In this document: in pieces, positions 39,801 to 52,331 of the stretch
Layout: every line of letters starts with the position of its first letter
Numbering within the stretch: position 1 is the stretch's first letter
Source: Tubulanus polymorphus
Taxonomy: Eukaryota; Animalia; Nemertea
NCBI RefSeq assembly: GCF_964204645.1
Contig: NC_134025.1
Location: forward strand, 24,966,299-25,030,298
Reading direction: 5' to 3'
DNA: 64,000 bases
Position numbers and translations under genes: made by a program
The notes under the pieces: generated by a model
What the model was told of the DNA's origin: nothing
Seen by the model: only the letters and a program-made list of their open reading frames with translations
The model's database searches: none

Positions 39801-41460
39801 GAAAGCCAAACATTGATAATATTCATTTTAGGATGTGGTGGTACGGTTAAGTTTTGTCCTCGGAAATCTCACCGCGAAAAATGATGAAGCGCGTTTCGCC
39901 TTGTTCCATCAGCCGAAAATGATCGAATCATTTCTACATGTGTTCAAGTCATACATCGATCTCGATCAAAAGGTACGCGTATAGTTCTATGCGTAGTCGG
40001 TTTTCTAATCGTTCCTGAAAAATCAATCGATAACTCGAGAAAAATGTGGGCGTTATCTTGTCTCATTTCAGTTGTCATCTGTTGAATTTGCTGCTTCGAG
40101 TGATACCGATAAGAAAGATCTGACGAAAGTAGAAGATGTGCTGATGAAATTAGTGCGAGTGCTTGCTAATCTTTCTATCAATGAGAAAGTGGGCGCTGCA
40201 TTAGCAATGAATCCTAATTGTCATCAATTATTGTTATACATCATAGGTAAGAATCTATCGATACCCCTAATTGTTAACGCTCTGGACTCTAATCAATCTC
40301 TCCTCATCGACATTGTTCCTGATTTCAGATAACAAGGATTTGACTAACAGCGAAGAACTAGTGCTAAACACAGCTGCTGCGATTAATAATCTCACATATT
40401 ACATGTACGCTGATACGGAGAATTTAGGTTTACAGATGAACATAGCCGAATGTAAGTGAGCTTTAATTAAAATCCGGAGGTAGTGTTTTAGTTTATAAAT
40501 ATAGTAGAACTCGCTAAATTCGGATTTTTCAATCCGGATTTTCAATTAATTTGAATTAAACATTTGGTCTATTTGAACTGATGTGTCGGTCCGTTGTTTT
40601 ATTTGCAGCAATGGTGAAGTTAGTCTTGAACGATCATATCGAAGGAATGGTTGAGGCCGCTCGTGTATTTGGAAATCTGTCAAGACTAAAACCAATAAGG
40701 CAATTTCTTACCCAGCACAAAAGTAAGGCAGATCTCACTCATATTTAACAAATCCCGGGAGAACTGGTGCCTGAAAAATGGTGCGGATCTTTTATATTAA
40801 CAACTACCATTATAATTACAGTTGATAGAATGTTGATTGCACTGCTTGATTCGGGCAGTCGTGATGTCGTCTACACAGCTTGCGGAGTTCTCATCAATTT
40901 AATGGCAGATGAGGACAAAAGACCGACATTGAAGGAAGAGAATGGAATTGCTAAGTAAGAGATTGAATAATAAACTTCTATTTTTTGTAAATGAATAAGC
41001 GCTTATTCTTATATATTTTCATTGTGTTTTCAGGCTCGTTGAAGTTTTGCGCGATTTCGGACAGAATGACTGGCAACTCGCGGGCATGGTTTGTCAGATA
41101 TTATGGAACTACAGTAGCAAAATCAAAAGTACAAATGATTGTTTCGGTGCAAAAGAGTCCATGGATATGACCGAGGTGCTAGTAGAGTATTTAGGTGAGT
41201 TTAATCGAGTGATGTATTAACCTGAAATATTGCAAGTACAAAATGTGTTTTCAAAAGCAATTTATGCCTGTATCTCTTTGTCTTCTTCAGATGAAGAAGT
41301 AGCTTTCTTGAACTGTAATTCGGAAGAACTGAACGATGAAGTGATGTTTGAATATCTGCATGACGTCTGGCAGACGGATTTCTGTCCTGTGGCAAATCAA
41401 CTACTGCAACGTATCGAACTCAACCAATCAAAATTTGAAGAGTTAGATGGCCCGAGTTGA
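36887..41460 (+). CDS. ARMC2: Armadillo repeat-containing protein 2 (about 19 exons)
   Basis: N-terminus RPFYEP..TSSKIINEARTSLRSVRTNRPFTPRE..RTLFG..RPPSAF|SL...DSRPVSGTRLSP is characteristic of ARMC2; ARM-repeat exons ALVYSIGALKFLSGN, CLRNLAD, LVRVLANLSIN, EAARVFGNLS, VVYTACGVLINL, DWQLAGMVCQILWNYS; stop at 41458-41460. Confidence 0.92.
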
Positions 41461-43140
41461 TTTTAACTTATTTTGATATACAATGCTGTCATGTTTATTG
41501 TGCACACATGTTGTTCGATTCACAGATATTTGCTCTATTTATCTATTCTCAGACACTCTCAGACTTTCTTAACGAGTATTGTGTGCATGTTTATCAATGA
41601 AATTCACGTAGATGACCTCAGGTCAGGCAGGCTTTTTGTGGCTTTTTGAATGGTCATGTACATTAAGAAACGAGTCTGTTGTTCCCATACAATGTACTGA
41701 TCTCAGTTATATAAATAAGGAATTTATGTAATCATTACGTACGTACATGTATGTATTACATTGTTTATCAAACATGTTAGAGTTGTGTTTTTTGACATTA
41801 TAGGAATGAAGGTACATCTGTATTATATTGCCGTCCAGACTATCAATATATAATGATGATAGATTCGGTCCCTAATGCCGTTATTTCTCACGTCTTTCGT
41901 GTAATGTTTTCTGAATGATACAATGTATATAAAATGTTTACTTCCAAGATTGTATAATTCTTTCCTGCCAATTGAATAGGAATATGTGTATAAAAGTTCC
42001 GCAGTCCCTGCAAGTGAGATTTTCAGTGGATGCAAATGAAACATTATTCATCACTTTTCTCTCGATTCTTATTATATTTATAGCCTTAATTAGCAGTACT
42101 TAGTTTTATCATGTCGACCCGTCCAGCCACGTGAGGATTATGTTCGAAGTTTTGTGTGCACTTCGAGATTTAATTATTTGCGCATTGAAATTGATTTAGC
42201 TTTATATTATTTACTGTAATGATATTTTCATCCGTCCACCACAGTATGATAATTAGGTTGTTGTTATGATGCTGATATATTTTATGGTTTAAATCATTAT
42301 ATACCGACTGATTGCGTATGCAGTTAATGAGCACAAGCAAATGATACAGCTCTTTATTTTCAAAGAAAATCAATGGCAGCTTGCTTCCATTAACTAATTT
42401 TAGCTATGAGCTGAAAACCTTAAATGCGGTGAATGAAGAAATTTATCGATAGTTTGTTACATATTTAATATTTGAGAGTGATGTAAGTGTATTTATTTTC
42501 TATCAATAATTGTGCATATAGTTTAAGTAAAGATAAACCAGAATTTATTAGTAGTTAAGATATGTCGTTTCAGTTCAATCATTGGGAATTGTTCAAAAGA
42601 TCTCATTTTTTCAAAATCCTCGATGTTTGTTTGAAGTGACTCGGCTTTATTCTGGGCAAGGCATAGGATACAGTCTTCAATATAGAATAGATGAAAAAGT
42701 TTTGCTGATGATCCTCTGGTCCTACTTAACTTCAATTCAGCTCGTTTTTTGGTCAAGACAGTCCAATTCGCACTCAATCTTGTAGAATATAGAAGTTTTG
42801 CATGTGACAACATTGTTTGCCCATCTGTGCTGGAGACTTGTACTAATCAGAGGATGAAAACTTCAAGGGTGAGTCAAGTAAATAACTTATTGCGTTCGCC
42901 ACTCAATATAGCAAAGTCACAACGAAAAAGCAGATAGCTGTATAGCATTTGAATATGGTTGGAACAGACTCCAAAAAATAAGAATTTAATGTACATGTAC
43001 GACATCAATTTGTATAAAATATAACAATATATTGCTCTGATATACTAATTACAACATACTAATGAATGCATACAATCTTGAAATAATTTCGATAGAAATC
43101 CAACGACGAATCTTTTAACCTCAGTTTTGTGGTTTTAATC

Positions 43141-46100
43141 TCAGAAATGATTGAATATGCTGTTTGCTGACTTTGAATGTTCTAACTTTAATCTCTTGCG
43201 CGGAGGTTGAGCTGTGCTGGCCACAGTATTTGATCTGGATAGGTTCTGCAAGTAGAAAATGTCAATATTTGCTCACTTAATCGAGCTTAACTTACAGGAT
43301 CATAAATTCAACCAAACGGAATACCACACCTTTTTCTCTAGCGTTTTGACATCGGGTGATAAAGCAGAAAATACAAATTTACGCGAGTTCACAGCTTGTC
43401 CCGGATTCGCCATAGGTTTAGTTACTTCGGCTATTTTTGCTAAAGTCGTTTTGTTTCTACTCAAAAAAGATCCCTTTCTTTGAGCCTAGAACGAAAAAAT
43501 GTGGAAAATAAATCACAACTACTTAATCAGTTTTATTGTATAAACACAGCAGTATTAAAGGATTAAAAGGATACATACTCTGAATCCAGATGCTTTCTGG
43601 CTGTTCTCTTTTGATTCTTTGTCAGCTGAAAATAATAAAACCACTTGAAAATAAATTTAATGATTAGTTGAGAGAATTCATCCGTGTTAAAGCTCTGGTT
43701 ACTTTCTAAAAGTGGAGCGGAATCAGGGGGCGGAACGCGGAATAGCGTGTCTCGAGTATTTGCGGAATAGACGAACACGTAACGACTTAGATGTTTTTTT
43801 ATCGCGGTTAATGCGGTATTGATATACTGATATACAGTCGACTGCGCTTTAATTTCGGAGCCGATTTACACAGACTTTTGGTCCATTAACTACATGTATA
43901 TAAGCTGATTGTAGTAACCAAACTGGTTCATCCGTACAGGCCTTCTACTGACACCGTCATTGGCTGGTTGTCAGCGTCACGCTTTAGAGGATTTTTGGGT
44001 TTATCACGTCTCAATCCAGATATAACACAATGATATTTCAACAGTGAATCGATAACGATTTGTTAACTGCGGGACGTGATGTCTGTACGGCGTACTGAGC
44101 CCTAACGCACTCTGCTCCGCTTTTAGAAAGTTACCTAAAGCTCTTATAGAGTCATGTACCTAATGATTTTTGCAGAATTCTACTGCTAAGTTTCAAGAAT
44201 TGACTGCTTTCTTCGGCTACATCATCCTGTTTCTAAAAATGTTGAAATAATTATTCATTGAAGTACATGAAGATTTTCGATCTATATGGGTCCACATATG
44301 TAATATCTATTACTTGTAACCCCTTTTGCATGACAATTTTGACTTAAAGGATAGTGTACATCAAACACGGCATTGTAATTTACCAACAGCCCGTACCTGT
44401 TCTGCCAGCCATTTTTCTCGTTCAAATCGTTCTTTCCTCCATTTGATTTCATTTTCATTATCGTCATCTCTTAACTCCGCATTACCATCATCATCGAACA
44501 TATCCTGAGATAAATCATCATCTGAAACAAATATAGAAGCCACTCCTATATGTTCTTTAAATACATGTATCTATCTTAAAAAAATTCTAGGCGTCTTCTG
44601 AGTGAGCTACCTGACCTAAATGTTTCCAAGCGAATCTTCGCTGTCTGCCTGCTCCATCCGAGTGTAAGTCACCATCCGGTAAATACATCTCTTGCATCAA
44701 CCTCAACTGCCGTTTATCTTCATCGATCAACGATTTTCTATTGATTAAAAATTCAAATTCAGTATTTAGATAATTCAACTCCAAACATCCCAGTTACTCA
44801 GTTCTGTCGATAAATCAGTTGCTTACAAATGCACACGTCCAACTTGATCGCGTAAATGTGATTCACTGCCTACGAAATCAGCATCTCCTGCTTCGGCCTC
44901 CATCACATCATCTTTTTCATCTAAATCTAGATCCTCATCACTACCGGCTTCGCTTCCTGACAGCTCTGCTTCCTGTTCTAAAAATTCTTTGCGAATTTTC
45001 CTGTAAATAATCAGAAGTTATGCATCTATATCAAATACTTCACTATTATTCACAGAATGGGCAGTTTTCATATCAACATTTTAGGTTGTTACCCTTTTTT
45101 CTTTGATTTGAATCCTGTGAACGATGGAGGGAATTCTTCATCTAACACATCATCCTCATCTTCCTCTTCATTTTCATCATCATATCTCCTCTTTTTGGGG
45201 TTATTTTCCTCGTCACTGTCCAGATTGTCCTGAATATAGACAGTCATTCGTTTTTAAAGGGCATGTTTAATTGCGAATCAAACTTATTCCTCAACAAAAA
45301 TCAAGAGAACTACAACCCAGAAACAACAGTTGTGATCCTTCAGAAATAAACTACCGGTACAATTTATTTGAATAATCATCCAGTCTAAGAAACTGGGGGA
45401 AAAAAGTTTGAACAGTTACCTGTTGATCTTCATTATCTGATACATCACCATCTTCATCATCAGACTTCAGCCGTAAATCGAGATCATCTTCTAGATCAGC
45501 TTCTTCCTCTTCTACCTGAGAACTTTTTCCAAAACTGCCATGAAAGAAAGAGCACAGTACCTAACTGTTATCTAGTGGGATGAAGCTAGTGACAAGGGAT
45601 GGAAATATTGTGCAAAAGATATTACCTCGATGGGACAAATTTCCCTGAGCACAAACCATCCAGTTCATCCAATGAATCAGGATTTTGAGTTGAATCAAAC
45701 GGTCGCTTAGTTTTTTCAGTTGGTTTTTGCGTAGACATTGAACTAGAAAAGAAACAATACTTAAGTCCATCTTTTGTTTACAGGAATGCCTATTATAATC
45801 GATCGATCTTCCCATCGGACAACGAAAGTTTCCTTTGCTTCACAAATTATAGGACAACCTTAATCTTTGAATGGACTGAATTACATCATGATCAATAGAT
45901 TTACCTCGTAAAATTCCCTGAACACAAGCCAGCCAATTCATCCATTGAATCCTGCTGTTTCTGTGTTCCACTGACTAGATTCTTCAGCCCAAATGCACTT
46001 TTACCAGTAGCAACTGAAAACTGTCCCGAACACAAACCGAGCAGCTCGTCACTAGCATCCGGAGATTTCAACGAAGAATCGACTAATCCTGCCAAATTCA

Positions 46101-49100
46101 ACTGGCGTTTGCTCTGCTTCTTAGCAGATGAAGGAACTTTCAGAAATCTTGAAATACAAAGAATATGTATCGGTATGATAAGGCGGCAAGGAAAAACCAG
46201 GCCCAATCAATAATACACAAAAGATACGGTTATATTTACCCATCTTCATCTAGAAGCTGAGATTGACTTTCTTCTATGAATAAGTTGACTTGATTGCAAG
46301 AACGTTCACTCTGCGTATCTGAATATAAATCCTGCGAATCTTCTATTGGCAAAGTGAGTAGAGGCGGGATCTTAAAAGAACTGTCTTCATTCTGCAAAGA
46401 AAAATTATAGCGACTATGATATATCAAAACTGACAATCAGGTCAGAAATCTTGAGTTTTTAATGCTCACCTGTCGCGTTTGAGGAGTTTGCGTATTTGGG
46501 AATTGAGTAAACATATCAGGTGTAGTAGGACTAGCTCGTCGTTTATCAGAAACAACGATCAAATCGGGCAGATTCTCTTCTTCTAAACTAGAATCTTCAG
46601 AATATTTGCCTTGTATCTTTTCTGACAAATTCGAGAAGTTTAATGATAGCAGCTTCTTGTTACTACTGCTACCAGTAGACTTAGGTGCGTTTTTCGAGAT
46701 TTCTTCCTCTGAAAGTGATATGTTTATATATCATGACAATTACATATCACTGCACGGCAATGGTCGAGTGGTTTTCAAGCTATCAATTTCACTGGATTTA
46801 TCAATCAGAGATTCATGGTTTCAAATTTTAACTTAAGATTTGAAACAGGGTGGGACAGAGTTTCTTAGAAAATTATTTTACCATCATCTTCTTCATCAGA
46901 TCTGTCTAATTTCAGATTCATTTCTGACTCGCTCTGTGCATCATCAACATCATCATCATCTACAGCCTCATCATCAGCAAATGGATTTTCCTAATTTTTC
47001 AACAAAAAATAAAAATTTTGATCCATTTTGTTGTGGAGATGCTGCTAACTTCTTAAACTAGGGGTCCAGGGACACCATTCCACCTGGGAAAGGGCCAGAA
47101 AATGCACATGTGTTTAGGATTGATAGTACAATATGGTAATTTACCGAAAAATTTGTTTCCGTTTTGTCTACAGACTGACAAAGTGAATGCAATAGCCCAC
47201 TATGGCTTCGCCCTGAGTGGGCTAAAGGTACTAAGTAAAATCATGACACAAACCTCATCATTATCATTATTCTCTTCCGCTTCAACTTCCTCATCATCCA
47301 TATGGTCATCTTCACCTTCCTCTTCACCGTCTGTATCAGATTGATCAGTTAATTCGGCTTCCTCCTCGTCAAATCCTTCTTCATTTTCCATATCATACGA
47401 TTCCATGCGCTTTTTCAAGGCTTCTTCACGTTTCAGTTTCATTGCTTTCTTCAGCTGCACCTTTAGGCAACCGAGTTTTGCTCCTGACAGGGCATGAAAA
47501 TGATATACATTTAAATTATTTTTCTATCAGCCACCGATTAATCATTTTTTGATTATGGTATTCCTACCTGGTTTTCCGAGTGCTGGATCATTTTCTTTCT
47601 CCACAGTTAATGGAACTGTCATAGTTTCCATGTGCAAACTCTCTTTATTATTGTCTTCATCGATTTCCTTCTTCACAATACTGAAACAAAGCCAAGACAG
47701 GCTTTTGAAAAGTGTCATTTCATTATACAGAGATTATCATAAGTGTTAGTTGTTGAACTTACTGCACTTTCACCTGCGCAGGGGATTTCAGACAAGGTTT
47801 CACTGAATGCCTCATCAGTTTTTCTCTCAATAATCCAACACCCGATTTTGGTTTATCATTTTCACCCTCGCTGTCGAAATCTATAAAATCCCCGTCAGCA
47901 ACAGCCAAACCGATACAAGGTTTTAAATTGATAATATCGTCGGATAAATCCTGTTTCACTTTCGACCATAATTTCATCGATTTCGGCGAAGGATCGGTAT
48001 TCAACTGAATGTCAGTAAGAGGTTCTTTGATATTATCAGCTCGCTGGCTTTGAGCACTAGTTCCGAGATCAGTTTCTTCAAAATCATCAGCACCATTGAA
48101 TACGGATAACTTATTCCCAGTTAGAATTTTTTCATCGATTGATTCTACAGCAGGGTCCGAGTCAGTCTCCTGAGAGACACTAGCTATTTCTGCGCACTGT
48201 GTATTCACTAAACAGCCAGAGTCTAGAGTAGCGGGTAGTTCATTTTCTATTGCTCGCTCGACATTTAAAGACACATCGTCGTTTTCCGGTATCGCGTTTA
48301 TTTTTAAATCAGTTATCTGTAAATCGGGGAGTTCTTCGTCATCATCGCTGTCGTCCAAACCAAATTTATCGTGCAGATTCTTCGAATCTTGTGACTGAGT
48401 TTTTACGTCGCAAACTCCTTCATCGATGGATTCAGCTGCAATTTTTATCTCTTCCGAAGAATCCTGCGATCGATACTTCTGTAATTTGCTTTCCTCCGGT
48501 GAATTTTGCGATCGGTTTTTTCTTCTCGGAGGTTTTGAAGGGGTATCCTTAGACATTTGCCTTGAATTAATTAATAATACAAATTGGGCAACATGAATCA
48601 AAAGTTTTCAGGAAAAATCAAATAACTTTATTTAATCTTATACTTGCAATACCTGATAAATGTTGATGTAGGGCGTAACACGCTGATGTTTGTCTTCCGT
48701 CGATTTAGAAATTCGCTCAGCGACCTTGGTTTCGGTTGATGATAAGGCAACCTTAACTCACCCTCTACAAGAACAAAATAACTGAATAACTAAACCTTAT
48801 CAAAAGCTATTCTAAAAATTTCTTTTCAGATACCCCCGATACCTCGGACCATTCTCTGTGTTTCACTGTGGATATTCTTCATTTCATCCATACTCCTTTT
48901 TGCAGCAGCCCGTTGCTGAGGACGATCCCTCTTGACTGTTTTTCCTGCACCCTGAATTACGAAAATAACCATGATTACTACCATCTTTATTCAAAATTAT
49001 ATTAAAACTCAAAATCAGAAAACCATCACAACATATGCTGCTACCTTGGAATTTGTCCATCTGCCGATCTTTTCCTCTTCATTCTCATCCTCTGATTTTT

Positions 49101-49721
49101 CACTGTTGCTATCAGAATTAGAACCACTATTTCCATTATCATCATCAGAGTCTGACTCATTGCGAACATTTCTAGCAGATCCATTCTCTGCATCGCCTGT
49201 ATCTTCATTATCTGAATCCGCCTTACTTTCATCTTCATTCTTATCCTCAGTATCATCTTCATTAGCAGCAGCAGCAGTATCATTGTTATCATTTTGAGAA
49301 TTGATCATATCATCTTTGCTGTTATCATCGTCCTCATCATCATCATCATCATCAATGATCACTGATCTTTTTATAGTTCTTTTCCGGCATATATTCTCCT
49401 CTTCACCTTCATCATCACTGTCTATATCAGCGGTATCAGCAGTTTTGTCATTTTTAACATCTGCCTCCGTCACCATTGTAGAATTATCTTCACTTGCTGG
49501 TCGTCCTGGTGCTGCTGGAAATAGTAAATTTCATGCCAGTTTAGTTAAGCTGATCTGACGGGTAACAACAGTCCAGTTACTGATGAGGGCTCTGATGAGT
49601 GACTGTCCGAAGAAGACCCAGCGAGAATATTGTCCGATTCAAAGAACAACTCACCTCCGTCGTCTTCGTCACTTTCAATTTCCGCATCAAACAGATCACT
49701 ATTCAATATTGATGAATCCAT
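43141..49721 (-). CDS. CLSPN: Claspin (replication checkpoint mediator), multi-exon
   Basis: Acidic low-complexity exons; [10 protein letters not shown]|..LPYHQP; three Chk1-binding repeats [33 protein letters not shown] (about 46050-45635); [13 protein letters not shown]; [34 protein letters not shown]; GSFLSR; ends SANSIFNHF*. Start at 49721 ([12 protein letters not shown]) is a best estimate. Confidence 0.94.
43690..44143. mobile_element. MITE-like insertion with imperfect about 28-bp inverted termini in a Claspin intron
   Basis: AGCTCTGGTTACTTTCTAAAAGTGGAGCGGA near 43691 versus TCTGCTCCGCTTTTAGAAAGTTACCTAAAGCT near 44111-44142; this intron is several times longer than its neighbours. Confidence 0.65.
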
Positions 49722-49805
49722 CACTGTAGCAGTCAATAATTTACGAGTGGGATTTAATATTCAGTCAGAATTTAGGCATGTTTCTTTTCTTTTCCGTTTG
49801 TTAAA

Positions 49806-49826
49806 TCTCGCGCGAACCCGGAAATG
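49806..49826 (-). promoter_or_regulatory. Candidate E2F plus ETS sites in the Claspin proximal promoter
   Basis: TCTCGCGCGAA (E2F-like, near-palindromic) next to CCGGAAAT, about 90 nt upstream of the Claspin ATG; motif match only. Confidence 0.4.
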
Positions 49827-51711
49827 TATTTGTCGTCCTAAGTATCGCATCCAGGCAATAAGAGGGTAGCTCCGTAAGAAGGGCATCGGCTGTATCTGTA
49901 ACCAATTCAATTCAATTAACCTTTATTGATCTCATGTGCCAATACAAATCGAAGCCGCAGTAGGCCTACAGGAATAACCATTGCAACCGTAATGTAATTG
50001 TATCAAATACACAGGAAAAGCTATTGTTCAATTTGAATCATTTTCGTTGTGTCGTGGGCCCAAGGACAAGGTTCCTCCAAAGGCCAATAACACTCAGACA
50101 GAACGCCGCCTGACCGCCCGGCTGCTCATTAATATTTTCATTCAACTCTACATAGTCTTCCCTCGTATTTTGATCATAATGCACCTTGTGCAACCTTGAG
50201 AGCAGATTGATATGTAGTGATTATCTTGCGTTGTCATAACAAACTATCGCTTTCATAAGTAGTTTGAACCGCATTCCAAGATGTAGAAAGTCCTCCATTT
50301 GTTTATATCTTAACAAGTTTCTTGCAGCAATCAGATGGATCCACATGTGCGAGTGGCTGGAAGCATGCTTCCGGAGAAGAGCAGCACCGATCAAATTTAT
50401 TTCAGGGGAATTTGAAAAAAAAGCAAACACCTTTATGACATGTTACGTAACGTTTCTTCTTGAACTCTTTTTCCGATGCAATAATGTATTTTTTACTTAA
50501 TCGAAAGATAGTTCGTCGTTATGCTGTAGGCAAAAAAAAGATCAAGCGTCCCCACGATATGAAAAATATTCACGGTTTTGGATCTGATTAGTTTTTAAGG
50601 GGCTTTGTATTTGTTTCTCTCATAAAAATCACGCGTGAAATTGTATACGCTTTCGGCTAAACTATGCAACTGAACTTGTAAAAATAGCTTCCTTGGAACA
50701 GATGGTTCATGACTTGAAACCAGTTTACTATAGTCGATGCTTCACTAATGAGTATGATAAACCAATTAATTGTACCAGCTATAAACTTATAAACCTACGG
50801 TCTATCAGTACTAATGCATCAAGCTACGTGAGCGTACTTTAATCGTAAAGTCTTACAGCGCTGGCCTCCAATCTCAGATTATTATTGATGTTTCTTTGAG
50901 CTATAAACGGATGTTCTACCATTCTAACGATATCAAACGAAAATGAACATTTAGATGGAACCATTCAAGTAGTTAAATGATTCTGATTTCTGGTTTCAAT
51001 CGGATGAATATCAGATCCACGCGTAGATGTGAGTCAGCCATCCAGCCAACCAGACGACATGGGCAGGTGGAATGTTGTTCCTATAACTATCTGCAGTAGC
51101 TTATCGATCTATCTTCAGACCTTTCATCGAAGCAATTTATACTAATTTACTAGTTTGTTTTAGCTATTTAGCATTCCGAACGCCTCACAAAAATCGCTTC
51201 GAAAGAACTCCAAGACCTATGCTAATCTATAAATGGAACTTTCCTTGACCAGTGATCAGTTATACTCTATCCTGCTCTCTTTCAATCGATTCAGCTAAAT
51301 ATAAAATATCTAATACATATTTTGATATAATTTATTGATGATCTGTATAATATTTACACGATTCGTTAAAATAAATAAAAGAAATATAACACAGTTTTAA
51401 TTGTATAATATACGCCACGAAGTATTCACCAAAATCAATAAATACGAATTGCAAACGTGCCACAAAATATCTACTTTCTCAATACGTTGCTTCGATATCG
51501 AAAAAATTAGTCCAGAGTAAATGCATCTTCAACTATTAAAATCCACACGTTATTTCATGGATTGTTTTTTAATGCCATATTATTACTGATTGCTGCCGCT
51601 ATTTTAGTATGGTCCATTACATTATTACACCTGTCCGAGGTCTGAAAACAGAAGTTGAAGAAATGTCAGGAACTGGTTAAAGTATTATAGCAAATCTACT
51701 TCACTTCGCTT

Positions 51712-52331
51712 TTACTTGCGGGCAGAACATAGAAATGCATGTATCTCCTCACCTTGTGACCCGTAAGTGGGATTTGAAAATGTTATCATAGTCGGAGTTG
51801 TTGGTTCTTCCATGCAGTCAAAATATATGCTTCCAGTATCGAACGTTCCGAAGTTAGTATCTCTGTGGAATGCTGCATTAGAAAAGCGAACCTCTAATGG
51901 ACGCTTGGATATAAATTTCCTGTCCAAACTACCGTTTGGTATCTGGCCGTTACTTATTATACTGCTGACAGTCGGTAGGGGTCCACTCTGGTAGGATTTC
52001 TGCAAAAAGAGCAACAATACAGAGTATATTTGGGATTAAGTTTGAAATTAAAATTCTTCACAAAGCCTGAGTTATTTACCACACTTTTTGAGTCCTCATC
52101 CTCGTCATCGGAACGTGACGAACTGTGACTGAATCTCCAGGTTTGACTTGTCGTGCTACTTCTCCATGTTTGAGTAGTTGTTGTGCTACTGCGACTGAGT
52201 CTCCAAGTTTGACTGCTCGTATCGCTGCGCGCAGTCACATCCATGTACGGGTCGTGGTACAACTTTTTCCACCAATTCTTCAGTTTTGTTCTGGAATGTA
52301 CGGACAATGCGTTGTCGGTTTCTGATATCAT
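51712..52331 (-). CDS. Hypothetical Ser/Thr-rich protein, two exons (52331-52080, 51999-51712); 5' end uncertain
   Basis: Two overlapping ORFs joined in phase 0 by an 80-nt GT-AG intron (52079-52000) giving SKSV|KSYQ; QTWR repeats and NPTY near the C-terminus; no family recognised. Confidence 0.5.

Noticed and set aside
43566-43578. GTATCCTTT on the minus strand in a Claspin intron, a possible second U12 donor
   Set aside because: The reading frame (SGFR|AQRKGSFL) needs the GTATGT donor 4 nt upstream; the GTATCC site gives the wrong phase and no TCCTTAAC branch site lies near the acceptor.
45635-46050. Repeated ELxGLCSGxF peptide
   Set aside because: These are the known three Chk1-binding repeats of Claspin, not a novelty.
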